From the NCBI GenBank assembly GCA_047967505.1, contig CM106538.1: a stretch of DNA of 64,000 bases. One strand, given 5' to 3'. The notes under the pieces are model-generated. The model saw nothing but the letters and a program-made list of their open reading frames with translations. It was not told the origin of the DNA and made no database searches. This DNA comes from Dipteris shenzhenensis. Taxonomy: Eukaryota. Numbering within the stretch: the first letter of the stretch is position 1; the number at the start of each line of letters is the position of its first letter. A program made the translations under genes and the position numbers. Shown in pieces: positions 13,005 through 25,152 of the stretch.

Positions 13005-15013
13005 TGTGAGAACACTACTATCAATCCTACATTGAAACAATACGACTTCAAGAGAATTCACAAACCGGAAAACACGAAATGCAATATAAAGGTTTTATTA
13101 TCACATGTAACAACACAAAAACTGCTTGCATTAATAAGACAAACTATAGACGATCCTCCTCATCCCTATGGGGCTTGTTGGAGAATCTACAAGCTTACAA
13201 CTTCATACTGGCTGCAACAAGCTATGAAGTATTGAAAGCTACACGCACACAGTGGACCCTTGGCATTGAGCCATTTGTAGATGAAGTCGCTAAAGATTTC
13301 GCTGGGAAGATCCAATCCTTCTGCTACTACACCGAAGAGACTCATGGAGCTGCTGAGCTCAGTGATGAGCTGACATCTGAGAGGTGCAATGTATGTGACT
13401 GTTTGGCGAGATCATGGCTCTGAAAAGGAAGGAGAGATTCACGAGTAGAGGTATAAGTCTTCAACGAGGCTAATATGGTTCTCCATGCACCACGAGACAC
13501 TTGTCATGCGTGCATCCATGTGTAGATTCCTCCACCAACCCCACGTGAAGCTTGCATCTCCAACACCCCCCTCGAGCTGAACAAGGGCAAAGACTTTCAA
13601 CAAACAAAGCCAAGATAAAGGGTCTGCCAAAAGAGATACACAAAACAAAGTGCTCTCTAAAAAAGCCACGAAAATAGATCATATCCTTCCAAAAGAAAGG
13701 AACCATCAAAAATGGCACCATGCCTCACGGTTGATTGCCAAAGATGAAGATTAAAACAAACTATTTGCAGAATGCATAAACACAAAACACACTATCACAA
13801 CCTGCCCAAAACAAGAGAAGATATGTGTTTATTCCACATGTGGTTCTGAGTAGTCAGAAGCCCATCCTACATCGTCAGATGTACTCGGATCAACGACACA
13901 CAAAAAGGAACCATCAAAAATGGCACCATGCCTCATGGTTGATTGCCAAAGATGAAGATTAAAACAAACTATTTGTAGAATGCATAAACACAAAACACAC
14001 TAGCAACCTGCCCAAAACAAGAAAAGATATGTGTTTATTCCACATGTCGTTCTGAGTAGTCAGAAGGCCCATCCTACATCGTCAGATGTACTCGGATCAA
14101 CGACATACAGTCCTACAAAATCCTCCACAACATGAGCTATTTCCTTGTGCCCCTTTCTTTTGAAGCTGTATCATCTCTCCTCTTAAAGAAATATTCCTTC
14201 GTATGCCCAGGCTTCTTGAGTAGTCACAATAGAGTTGCTTCTAGTCTCCTTTTTTTTTTTTTGGCTCTTGTTTTCAACAACAAAGAACTACTTCCATTCC
14301 CTCCGAAGTCTAACGTCGTTCCTCATCAACCATCTCCTCGAGTGACATTTTTGCATTGACACAAAGAATTTTGACAATCTCTGTATAACTTGGAGAAAGA
14401 CGCAACCTTTGAGTCATCGTCATCTACCTGCACACCAAGATCAGCTAGCTATCGCAAGATGGCTCTCATCCTACTCAAATGCTCCCCTAGTGTAACTCAA
14501 TCTTTCATTTGCAAGCTAAACTCTTGCTTGAGAAGAACTTTTGAGTTCTTCAACCGGGCATCAAAAAAGGGTCTCTGCTGCAACCCAAATTTCACAAGCA
14601 CTCTTGCTGAGATCAAGGTGATGATAAAATCTCGCTCCTAACGCTCTTCCCCGAAAGTGCTCTCTCATTCCTACTTTCCCGCTGCATGCTTCTTGTCGGA
14701 CGACTCAACTTGTACTACCTTGCCTAAGGCTTTCTTTTCTGTTTCAGCAATTATGGATCAGAGACCTTTTTCCACGAAGTATAGACGAACACCAAGCTGC
14801 CATGCAGAGAAGTTCTCCCCTATCAAAGTCACGAGTTTCATCGAGTCCTTAGCCTCCATCGTTGAACCGGAGGCTTTGATACCAACTGTGAAAACATTAC
14901 TATCTAATCCTATATGCAAACAATAAAACTCAGAGCGAATTCACAAACCCAAAAACACGACAAGTAATATAAAGGTTATATTATCACATGTAGCAACACA
15001 AAACTACTTCCAA
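13005..15013 (-). mobile_element. Non-autonomous gag-only LTR element (3' LTR 13005-13565; truncated 5' LTR 14887-15013)
   Basis: 13005-13130 matches 14887-15013. Minus-strand PBS TGGTATCAAAGCC at ~14872-14884; PPT GAGGGGGG directly before TGTTG at 13565. Decayed gag begins MEAKDSMKLVTLIGENFSAWQ at 14859; no pol seen. Confidence 0.75.
13695..14108. repeat. ~207-bp tandem duplication
   Basis: AAAGGAACCATCAAAAATGGCACC...GGATCAACGACA occurs twice in tandem. Confidence 0.92.
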
Positions 15014-15934
15014 CTTCCTGCATATGTTCATCACCATAGATAGACTTGTTGTCTTGTACAAAGCTATTGTTCTACCATTTGCCACCATAAACTTGTTGTC
15101 TTGAAAAGAGCTACTATTTGTTGTGGAGCTACAACTAGAAGTCACCATCAGTTAGTTGTCACAAACAACCGTCGCCATATTGGAGGTGAATCTGCAGCCA
15201 CCACATTTGGGGAGACTTTGTCCTCAAAACTGTTATCATCTCTACTCAGAGCTAGTAGCTGCTACAAACACTTCTCCAAATCTAGCTACCACCTTGATAT
15301 TGGAATTATTTCTAACAAGGAGGGGCTCTACGACCTCAAGCATCTCGCTATTCATGAACGAAGCCTCTAGTCAGCTCATCATAAGTTGTGAAACCACTAA
15401 TAGAGCATGAACCAAGATCTGCTAGCAAGCAACATCTATTGAAGCACGAAATCCTTGGCCTGCAACAACTAGTTCATCATAAGTAGTGAAATTACTAATA
15501 GAACATGGAGCCCAAATCTCATAGCAAGCAACCTCTATCTGAGACATGCAATCCTTGGCCTACAACAATTGGCTATACAAGCAAGTAGTCAACTTCAAAA
15601 TCTCAAGTGGGTTAACGAGCATCCGGCCCTCTTCTTCACAAAGTTGCTAGAGCTACATGCCAGTTGCTCTAGGTCTTGTAATTTCAAAAAATTGATAAGC
15701 TATGATGCCCCCAACTAGCCTAGGAGTGGTAAGGCATACTCGGTTCGTCTAGCCTCGATTCTTGTGCACCGTACAATTTGGAGACTTTACAGCATTTGTT
15801 CTCACATTTAGCCGTCATGCCTTGGGGTTTCATTTTCATGTCGTGGCAATGAAATTCAATCGATGGTAGATAGATTTACACTTGAGTTAGTGCAATCAAA
15901 TTACTTTGGGACTTGTGCATTTTGCATGGCAAAC

Positions 15935-18280
15935 AATGATCTCTAAGGAATACTTGCCCCCAGAAGACAAGTTAGATGATATCAACTATCCTACACGGTC
16001 CTACACCAAGAACTTGTGGAATATTATTGCAAGTTAGATGATATCAACTATCCTACACGGTCCTACCGGCATGTGGCAACAAAAATGTAATCATAATGAG
16101 CAATATTTGTTGATTCATCCTTCTCAGGTGAAGATGAAGCAGGTAGGATCCTTCAATTCATGATTCATGCATGGCTATCACATGACATTTATATACCTTT
16201 GTAAGACTAGAATAAGTCCAATCATACAAATTTAGATTTTTTGTTGTTCTAAAGATCAAAAATCTACACAAAAAATAAAAGAGAAAATGAAAGAGAGAAA
16301 AAAAGAGGTAAACAAAAACTTTTATGAAAAACAAAAGAAAGACATACTTAGCAAGAAAAGCAACACTTATGTCGTATTTAGTACTTGGTACTTGATAGTG
16401 GTACTTCTAAGCACATAACTTCATTCAAAAAGTTGTTTCTTTCCTTGGATCATGCACTTAACGCAAACACTATGACTTGTGCTCATAATGCCTCTTATGC
16501 CGTGAAAGGAATTGGCCAAGTTGAGCTTTTACTTGAGCATTTGGTCATCTAGTCTCTCTTCAAGATGTTTTATATGTTTCAAAATTAAAGAGAATTGTTT
16601 ATAGAGTAATTTTTTATGGTTACCATTTGTGACGTTTATGACTTCAGAACTAGCTACACCATTGTCATCACTAGAACATTGACTAGAAATCTGCACAATC
16701 TTGGTGCCTATGAGAGAGAGACAGTACTCTCTTATTGCAGCCACTCATTTGTGGCATGAGCATTTTGGGCATCTAAACTATGGTAGTTTGGCCAAGTTAC
16801 AATTATAAAATGTGGTTGTTAATCTCCCCAAGATGCATGCATTATCCAAATATGTTTAAAAGGGATGTTTACTTGCATCAGTTTCCTTCTCTAAAGATGG
16901 AAGTGCCAGTGCAGCCTGCAAGTTGCATTTAGTTAATAGTGATGTTTGTTGTCCAATGCTAACAACATCTATTGGTGGATATTCATTATCACTTTTGTGG
17001 ATGACTTCACTCATCATACTTGGGTTTATCCATTAAAATTTAAGTCCGATGTCTTTGCATGCTTCAAAAAATTTCATGCTATGGTTAAGAATGAAGGTGA
17101 ACACAAACCGAGTTACACTCCGCACTGACAAGAGGGGTGAGGATATCCCACAGAGTCAGTTGACTTTTTAGCATCTCGTGGTATAATGTACTATGCCATC
17201 CAAACCACAACAAAATGGCGTTGCAAAATGTAAAAAATAGAACCTTGATGGAGATGGCAGTGTGCATGATGAAGGATAAGGCTTTGGCCAAAAAATTCGG
17301 ATAGAATGCCATTATGTGTGCAAATTATGATCCACCAAGGCATTAGAGACTATTACTCTGTATGAGGCTTGCACAAAACGTAACCTAGTCATTTCCCACA
17401 TGAGAGTGTTTGGAAGCCTTGTTTATGGCATCTATGACACAAGCTTGAGGACAAGACACTTAAATGCGTCTTCATTGGTTATATACCTAGATGAATCAAG
17501 GAACATTCCCAAACTCATCCTCTAAAAACACAACATAGTGCAGTTTCAATCTCATGATAGTCACTCACAAGGTTAAAAACCATAAACTCCATCATGCATA
17601 GCAGGGACTAGCTACTATGACATCCCCATTGACGTCATCAATGCCCAACAATGGGTGTAGACCATAATATAAAAATATGCTCTCACACATACAAATCCAC
17701 ACCCACACATACTTGAGCATCCATTTATACAAAGTCTTCGTACTGAGTTTCTATCGGCACTCCGGAGGTGAAGGGCAGACTTAGCCATGACGAAGGCTAT
17801 CACTAAAGGAGAAGGCTAATCAAAAGGTAGTCCAAAATCTCTTCATTCAAGCTACAACTGCATGTGAAGTATAAACGTTTTCATTTTAGTCTCTCCCCAA
17901 CGAGCATCTAAATCTAAATCTAGCTGATAGGGCAACGCACCATTTAAGATAGAAAGAATTATCACAATACCAGCAAGCCGCAACTTGGACGAAAACTGCA
18001 CAAGGTGAAATTTGCATGTCCGCTAATACGGCAAAAGCATATACCTAGATAAATCCAAGAACATTCCCAAACTCATCCTCTAAAAACACAACATAGTGCA
18101 GTTTCAACCTCATGATAGTCACTCACAAGGTTGAAAACCATAAACTCCATCATGCATAGCAGGGACTAGCATCTTCATTGGTTATAGTTCAAAAAGCAAC
18201 AGTATCAGTTATACCAACCAATTACTAGAAAGATTATTACTAGTATGATACTGGTCTTTGCTGAAAATTTGGTTACAAAC
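15935..18280 (+). mobile_element. Highly degenerate Copia (gag, protease, integrase) interrupted at 17483
   Basis: LDSGTSKHIT-like protease, WHEHFGHLN, ITFVDDFTHHTWVYPLKFKSDVF; KCVFIGYS spans the insertion point. Confidence 0.82.
17483..18170. mobile_element. Unclassified ~690-bp element, copy 1, with 130-bp direct terminal repeats (17483-17612; 18041-18170) and 14-17-bp TSD
   Basis: Repeat ATACCTAGAT...GGGACTAGC at both ends; TCTTCATTGGTTAT duplicated at 17469-17482 and 18172-18185. Confidence 0.92.
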
Positions 18281-19310
18281 CTTGGTGGCCATTTGGGGCA
18301 GCAAGCAAGGGTCTTCCTAGGCAACCTCAACTAGGAGGATTGTTTTCCTTAGGGGATTGAGTGGCTCCCCTTTCTTCTCGAAGTCCTTCATACAGGTGAG
18401 CTCGCATTTCAGCCTCAACCTTGGTTTTTCTCTAGCTCTCTTACACAAGTTTTTTATTGTGTTGTTTTCGCATGTCTTGCATGATGTAATCCTCCCTTGA
18501 GCTTTGCTCTTGGAGTTTCTTGAAGTATTTCCTTGGGATCAAGGAGTCCACTCCAAGATCACTGAGTTGGCCCATGATCGCCACTTGTACATTGCATGGG
18601 ACGCTAGCTCTCATCCTCAAAAAACTCGCAAGAGCAAGTTCCTCTAGTCAAGGTGGATAATGAACATACAAAGATGATTCACCACTAGGGGTAGGCATGC
18701 TAGTGGCTGATCCACCGACACACCCACAAACCACAGACGCCTTCCCATAAAGATGTCTCCTATGCACATGGGAGTAAGCAGAGCACCGCACCAAATTCGT
18801 CCATTACACTCACCAAGTCTATCCATCCTTCTCGAGCCATACATAGCATCTAGAGGCAGCTGCACACAGGCCTATCTTCCAAAGCCAATCCCCAACTCAA
18901 AACAATGCACGATGAATGCTATTCACAAAGGATCGCATAGATTATATAAAGAGACGAGACATTGGCAACTTCTAGATAGATTATATACACCTTCATTGTG
19001 ACTTAGGAGCTATTGACGATGAGGAGCATGCACGTTTGGCTGCCTACACAAACATCAAAGCACAATCTCTGGACCTTCCTTGAACTACACCACAATTTCA
19101 AACTCCCCGTCTTGCAGAGCCGAAGGACAACTTTAGCAAAATACATTCCTGAGATTTCAAGCAAACAAGACCAACCCACACACTAGGGTGGACACAACCT
19201 TACAGACTTCCCTTGCTTAGGTGATCGCATATGTATCTCTATTGGAGTTTAGCTAGCCACTAGCTAGCACATAGGTTTCACTAGCTAGTCAAATTGCATA
19301 TACCATGCAC

Positions 19311-19313
<3 letters not shown>

Positions 19314-19370
<57 letters not shown>
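19314..19370. repeat. (CT)n microsatellite
   Basis: Direct inspection. Confidence 0.95.
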
Positions 19371-19374
<4 letters not shown>

Positions 19375-21344
19375 ATCCTGCTTCAACATGTATCCACTTG
19401 CTTGATGCTATTTCTTTTTGTTTTTCAATAGTATGCTTATTAAGAAATGAAATGTTTTCCTACTGTTTAGTTACGGACAATGGGGACTAGGTCTAGCATT
19501 TGAGGTTGGACCCCCTTGCTTGAGGTTATAAGCATTAGTGACCCACAAGAGTGATGGCCTCTCTTTGAGAGGGACATCTGGAAACCACACCCCACCTGAG
19601 TACCCAAACATGGGACCAATCAAATGCACAGATTGCATATTGACCTAGGAACCATTCAAGAGAATGTTCCCTGAGCTTTGAGTGTGGGCCTAGCAGCAAG
19701 CCAAGAGTAATGGAGATACAAGATAAGACGACAAACAAATGAGCTCAGTATGGCTCAATTATGATCTTAGAGTACGTCAATAGATAGTCCAAGCTGTTGA
19801 GAACCCGTGGGTGCGATCAGAATTGAATTCTGACAACTTTGAAATTTTAGAGTTTTTGGGAGTGACACATGGCAGACTGCCACATGGAATCTGAGCTGGC
19901 AGGTTAGTCCACCTATCCCACACATGTGGCAGCATGCATGGCAAGTGGCAGGGCATGCAGGCTAAGTGTCTGGCCCCAAATATTTGGGGCAGGTTGTGGA
20001 CTGTTCTCTTTGGGACTGCAGCCCACCAAAAATCTGAGACAAGTGTCCACCTTCCACTCTAAGCCTGGGGGGGGGAGGGACTGAGCCTATAAAAGGCGGC
20101 CTCTCCCCTTCATTCCCTACATGAAAATTCGTCACTTTTCTTCTCCCTCCTTTAGAATGATACAACAGAACCTCTCCAGCTCCTTGGATGCAACCAGCTT
20201 CTCCCCAAGCCATTCTCTCACCTCAGCAGCACTTTCTCTCTCTACAACAGCACATTCTCTCTCTACAGTTCTAGCCCCTTCTCTCCAGAAATCTGCCCCC
20301 TCTCAGCTCTTCTGGAACAGCAGCAGCATCCTCTCTCCTTCTCCTAGCCTGGAGCAGCCACAACCCCTTTCTCTCTCCTGCTGCAGTCTTTCTCTCTCTA
20401 CTGCAAAATTTCTCTCTCTAATGTTCCAGCCCATTCCCCTTGCAGAAATCTGCCTTTCTGTGCACCTCTGGAACAGCAGCAGCTCCTCTCTTACATCCCC
20501 TCCCTTGGGATCAGCATTGGCACTCTCTCTCTACAGCTATCACTCCATAAAGGCTTTCTCTCTCTAATGTTCCAGCCCATTCCCCTTGCAGAAATCTGCC
20601 TTTCTGTGCACCTCTGGAACAGCAGCAGCTCCTCTCTTACATCCCCTCCCTTGGGATCAGCATTGGCACTCTCTCTCTACAGCTATCACTCCATAAAGGC
20701 TTTCTCTCTCTAGCCTACATGCTGTATTTGTAAGCTGTTCTCATTCCAGCCCCATTTTTCCACACTCTCCTCACCCAAGGTAGCTTCAGAGGCATCAAGG
20801 ACTTCATCTACAAAGGGGTCAAGTCACGAAGGGAGCCTGTATTATCAAGTTTATCTCATTTACAGCACTATTTCATGTTGTTTCTACTATCTTTCTAGAA
20901 ACTAGTGCTTGCCTCTAATGTTGGATGTAAGTGGTGTTTGTTGCAGGCTTCTTCCTTGTGGATTGGGCAAGCCAAGAGTTGAAACCTGAGCTTGGAGTCC
21001 TCCTTTTTGTTGTCTACCTTGTACATATGCTCTTGAGTCTTGTATCTAGGTCCTAGGCTTTCACTGAGTTCATCAATTTGGAAGGTGCATTGCACCTTGG
21101 TCTTGTATCTCCATTTTTAAGAATAAAGTGAGCCTGGATAAGGAGGGGGGCCCGTCTTGGCCCCTCAATCATATTGCAATTTCCAATGATGTCACTTTGT
21201 GTTTAAGCTGTATAAGTCTTAATTCCAGCTTAATTGCAAACTCTTAAGTTCAAGTATATGTGTTTGGCAACTCGCAATCATTTCATTCAAACACCTTTGC
21301 AAAATCCGTTGCCTGAATTGATAGAAAGCATCGAGTAGTTTACA
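19371..21344 (+). mobile_element. Long solo LTR (~1.97 kb) inserted in a (CT)n tract
   Basis: Starts TGTCA, ends TTACA, with CTCTC on both sides; TATAAAA at ~20088; AATAAA at ~21122; internal ~150-bp tandem duplication (~20405-20712); no coding motifs. Confidence 0.72.
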
Positions 21345-21389
21345 CTCTCTCGCACACACACACACACATCAAAAGCTACAGGGCCATTA

Positions 21390-22962
21390 TGATTAGACAT
21401 TTGTTGCTTCGTAGATTTGCACAAGACGTTTGACACAGTGCCGAAAGCCCTGCTCATCAAATGTCGCCTCTACATAGATGAGCTTGAGACCTTTATTGGG
21501 ACCCTAGGAAGGGCTAGTTGCACTCTAGCCGGATCCTTGCTTTAGATTCTCTTGTATGCAAATGGCGCGGTCTTACTCTCTCCTCAGTAGAGGGTCTCCA
21601 ACAACACTTGGATGTGCTTCATACCTTCTATGAGACACATGACTTGGAAGGTCAACCTTGGTAAAACCACGGTCATGATCTTCCACACGTCTCGAGTAAC
21701 GATGCAGAAAGAGCATTTCACCTTGGATGGATTACTAGTGGAGGTGGTTGCATCCTACACATACTTGGGAGTCCTTTTCTTCGACCCCAATCGTCACGAC
21801 GCAACCAACCTTGTAGGCCCGACTAAGAAAGGCATACGCCGCACTAGCCAAACTCAAGCGACAGTGCTTTCACTCTCACTTCCAAGACTCTCGGACCAAG
21901 ACCCTTTTCTTTCAATCTTTGGTCCAAACAACAACTATGTATGGCAGCCCTTTTTGGGAGCCAGACCTATCACAAACAGATTGGGCACGAGTCGAGAGGC
22001 TTCAAGTTCTCATTCTTTCACGAATGATTCGCAGTAAGCCTCAACCCCACATTAGGTAGTCATGGCTGAGTTCAAAGTATCCCCACTACAACTCAATGAA
22101 ACATTTCAAGTTATCACGTATATATTGCATTAGACAGTACGGCTCTTGCACCACAGGGACTTAAGCTTCCTTGGTTGGCTTTATCCTCATCTATGGCATT
22201 AGTAGCAGAGGGTGACCAGAGGTGTTGGTATGCAAGTACATGCAGTTGGTTTGAGAGCCTATAGCTTTACATAGATAAGTTACCTCCCTTCCAGTACAGC
22301 ATCGAGGCCCCCCTCCATCATGCTCACATATCACAAGTTGAACTAGGTCATCCGAGGGGATCTTTTTATAGTGATACACATTCACAACTTGGTTGGCAAC
22401 TCGTTGGCTACCTATGAAGCTTTTTACTCAGGGCACATATGCCAGATCAGAGTATACAACTAGACTCCACTTACAGCAACATCACTGCCAAAAAATACCG
22501 ACCAACAAGACCCACAAAGACGATGGCTATAAGGACCCAAGCCAAAGATACGTGAGACTCGACGGATGGGGCACAAATCACATTAGAGGGCCTCCTCTCC
22601 ATATTCATATGACCGGAGACAACCTGTAGGAGTGACAGTGACATTTGTTTGCCGCGGGGCTATAGCTAAGAAACCACAACACACCACACATGTCAACAAC
22701 TGCCAACACTCCATCATAAGTTTTATGCAAACCCCTCTTAGGGTTGACACCCCCGCCAACTCCGTATCCTCTCAACGAGCCCGAAGAGTTTTATATCTAT
22801 GTATTTATGATCATGATTATGGGTTTTCTTTTGTATTTGTCATGGGTGTTGAAGCCTGCTTAGTGGCTCTAGTCCTCAGCTCATTGTATCAAGTTCTTTT
22901 AATCTCATAGCACCTTTGGTCTTTTGAAGACTTTGAATAAACTTCCTATCTTCTTTCTTTCT
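21390..22962 (+). mobile_element. 5'-truncated LINE remnant (RT C-terminal part and 3' end)
   Basis: CCFVDLHKTFDTVP, LLYA(N)G and VEVVASYTYLGV motifs; ends AATAAA followed by a CTTT/CT tail. Confidence 0.78.
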
Positions 22963-22975
22963 CTCTTTAACCTAT

Positions 22976-23665
22976 ATACCTAGATGAATCCAAGAACATT
23001 CCCAAACTCATCCTCTAAAAACACAACATAGTGCAGTTTCAATCTCATGATAGTCACTCACAAGGTTGAAAGCCATAAACTCCATCATGCATAGCAAGGA
23101 CTAGCTACTATGACATCCCCACTGACGTCATCAGCACCCAACAGTGGGTGTAGACCATAGTATAAAAATATGCTCTCACACATACAAATCCACACACCCA
23201 CACACTCTTGAGCATCCATTCATACAAAGTCTTCGTACTGAGTTTCTGTCGCCATTACGGAGGTGAAGGGCAGACTCAGCCATGATGAAGGCTAGCACTA
23301 AAGGAGAAGGCTAATCAAAAGGTAGTCCAAAATCTCTTCATTCAAGCTACAACTGCTTGTGAAGTCTAAACATTTTCATTTTAGTCTCTCCCCAAGGAGC
23401 ATCTAAATCTAAATCTAGCTGATAGGGCAACGCACCATTTAAGATAGAAAGAATTATCACAATATCAGCAGGCCGCAACTTGGACGAAAACTTCACAAGG
23501 TGAAATTCGCATGTCCGCTAATACGGCAGAAGCATATACCTAGATGAATCCAGGAACATTCCCAAACTCATCCTCTAAAAACACAACATAGTGCAGTTTC
23601 AATCTCATGATAGTCACTCACAAGGTTGAAAGCCATAAACTCCATCATGCATAGCAGGGACTAGC
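22976..23665. mobile_element. Unclassified ~690-bp element, copy 2, with 130-bp direct terminal repeats (22976-23105; 23536-23665) and 13-bp TSD
   Basis: Same sequence family as 17483-18170; CTCTTTAACCTAT duplicated at 22963-22975 and 23665-23677. Confidence 0.92.
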
Positions 23666-24534
23666 TCTTTAACCTATCCTAACTCCACTTAGCCTCGCCA
23701 ACCCCCAACCTTTCCGCTCAGCCTTGCCACCCCCTAGCTCTTTTGCTCAGCTTCGCCAATCCTTTTTCTACTTTGCTCAACCTTGCCACTCTACTCATCC
23801 CATCTTTTTTCCTCTCTTACCTAACCCACACAGGCCCCCTACCTAGATTGGACTCCCTCCCACGCCCAATCCATGGGTTATGAAATCTAAACCCTATGAT
23901 GTCCCCATCATCCCCGCCCTAGTCTCCTCCTTAGGCCCCTTCCTAATAAAACGAGGTGTGGGCTCTTCATATGCAGCCTCTGAGTCTCATCATCTTCGTG
24001 CTCAGCCCTTCTTATTTTGGAGATGAGTAATCACAAAGACCAAAAGAGTCCACTATGTCACACTATAGAATGCCACACTTACACTCCTTAGCTATTTGAT
24101 ACGTATATAGCCATCTATCTAGCACTCCTTACCTATTTAACAGGTATGTTATGTATTAACTATCTATCTATTTATCTGCCTACCTACTTTTCTATCTATC
24201 TATGCTTGGCCCTTTCAAATATGAGCAAACACAAAGAGTGGGATGAGGAGAGAAGGATGATTATGATTGGGACAGCAAAAGGCTTAACCATTGAGCAATT
24301 ACAGCCCATACTAACCGATATCTCAACGAGAAGGATTCACATCGATGCATCTAAGAGATTGAAGGCAATTGAATGCCCAAAGGAGCCTATGTTATTCAAA
24401 GGGTCACATGTCCAAGACAATGGACTTGCTCCAAATTAGAGAGAGGTCACACCTCCTCCACCACTTCCAACGACGCTATTCCTATGATCTTGGCAGTTTA
24501 ATGCATAGGCAAATTTTGTCTTCCAAGGACATTA

Positions 24535-24578
<44 letters not shown>

Positions 24579-25152
24579 GGAGCCTAGGCTTTATGCTAGA
24601 ACATTGAAAAAGAATACGTACATACATAGAGACACATGTATAGAGCAAACTTTATGGGACATAAACGGAAAGAGATAGTAGAATCAAGGCTAACAGAGCT
24701 TCCAGTAAAGCCAAACAAAGACACCAGCTGCATTGCCTGAAGATATTACTTGATGGGGAATGGGAGACTAAGCTAGGAAGGAGCTTCAACACAACCACCC
24801 AGATTACAACATTACCTTGCAGAAAAGGAGTAGAATGAACAAAACTTTTCATTATTATAGCTTCCAACTGTAGTTAATTAAGTGCACAGACGTCAGAAAT
24901 GATTGCCTTAGGGGATTCTTAATACGTATCATGTGCATTCATGCTGTCCGTTGACTTAAGAACAGCAGAGAGATAAACGCGGCCGAATTGTCTGTAACTC
25001 TGGCCAAAGACATCAGGTTCACGTGGACTTTCACATTTTTTCGAAGGCCTTTCATTCAGGATACTGGAAAATGCACAATTAAGGCAACTCATCTCAGAAA
25101 GTACCCGCCCTAGCAAACTAAGCCTTATCTGAAATGTAAGTAGATCACATAC

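Noticed and set aside
17483-18170. Classification as an ordinary TRIM or Cassandra element
   Set aside because: No TG..CA, PBS, PPT or 5S similarity seen; TSD much longer than 5 bp.
23028-23075. tRNA-like A/B boxes (TAGTGCAGTTT...GGTTGAAAGCC) suggesting a SINE
   Set aside because: Both deviate at invariant positions, there is no cloverleaf or tail, and the segment is duplicated at both ends; too weak to call.
23120-23140. CTGATGA on the minus strand as a hammerhead ribozyme core
   Set aside because: No GAAA after a stem II, and copy 1 has TTGATGA at this position.
24919-25152. ORF extension beyond E2F exon 1
   Set aside because: Lies past a good GTATGT donor and has no E2F similarity; treated as intron.
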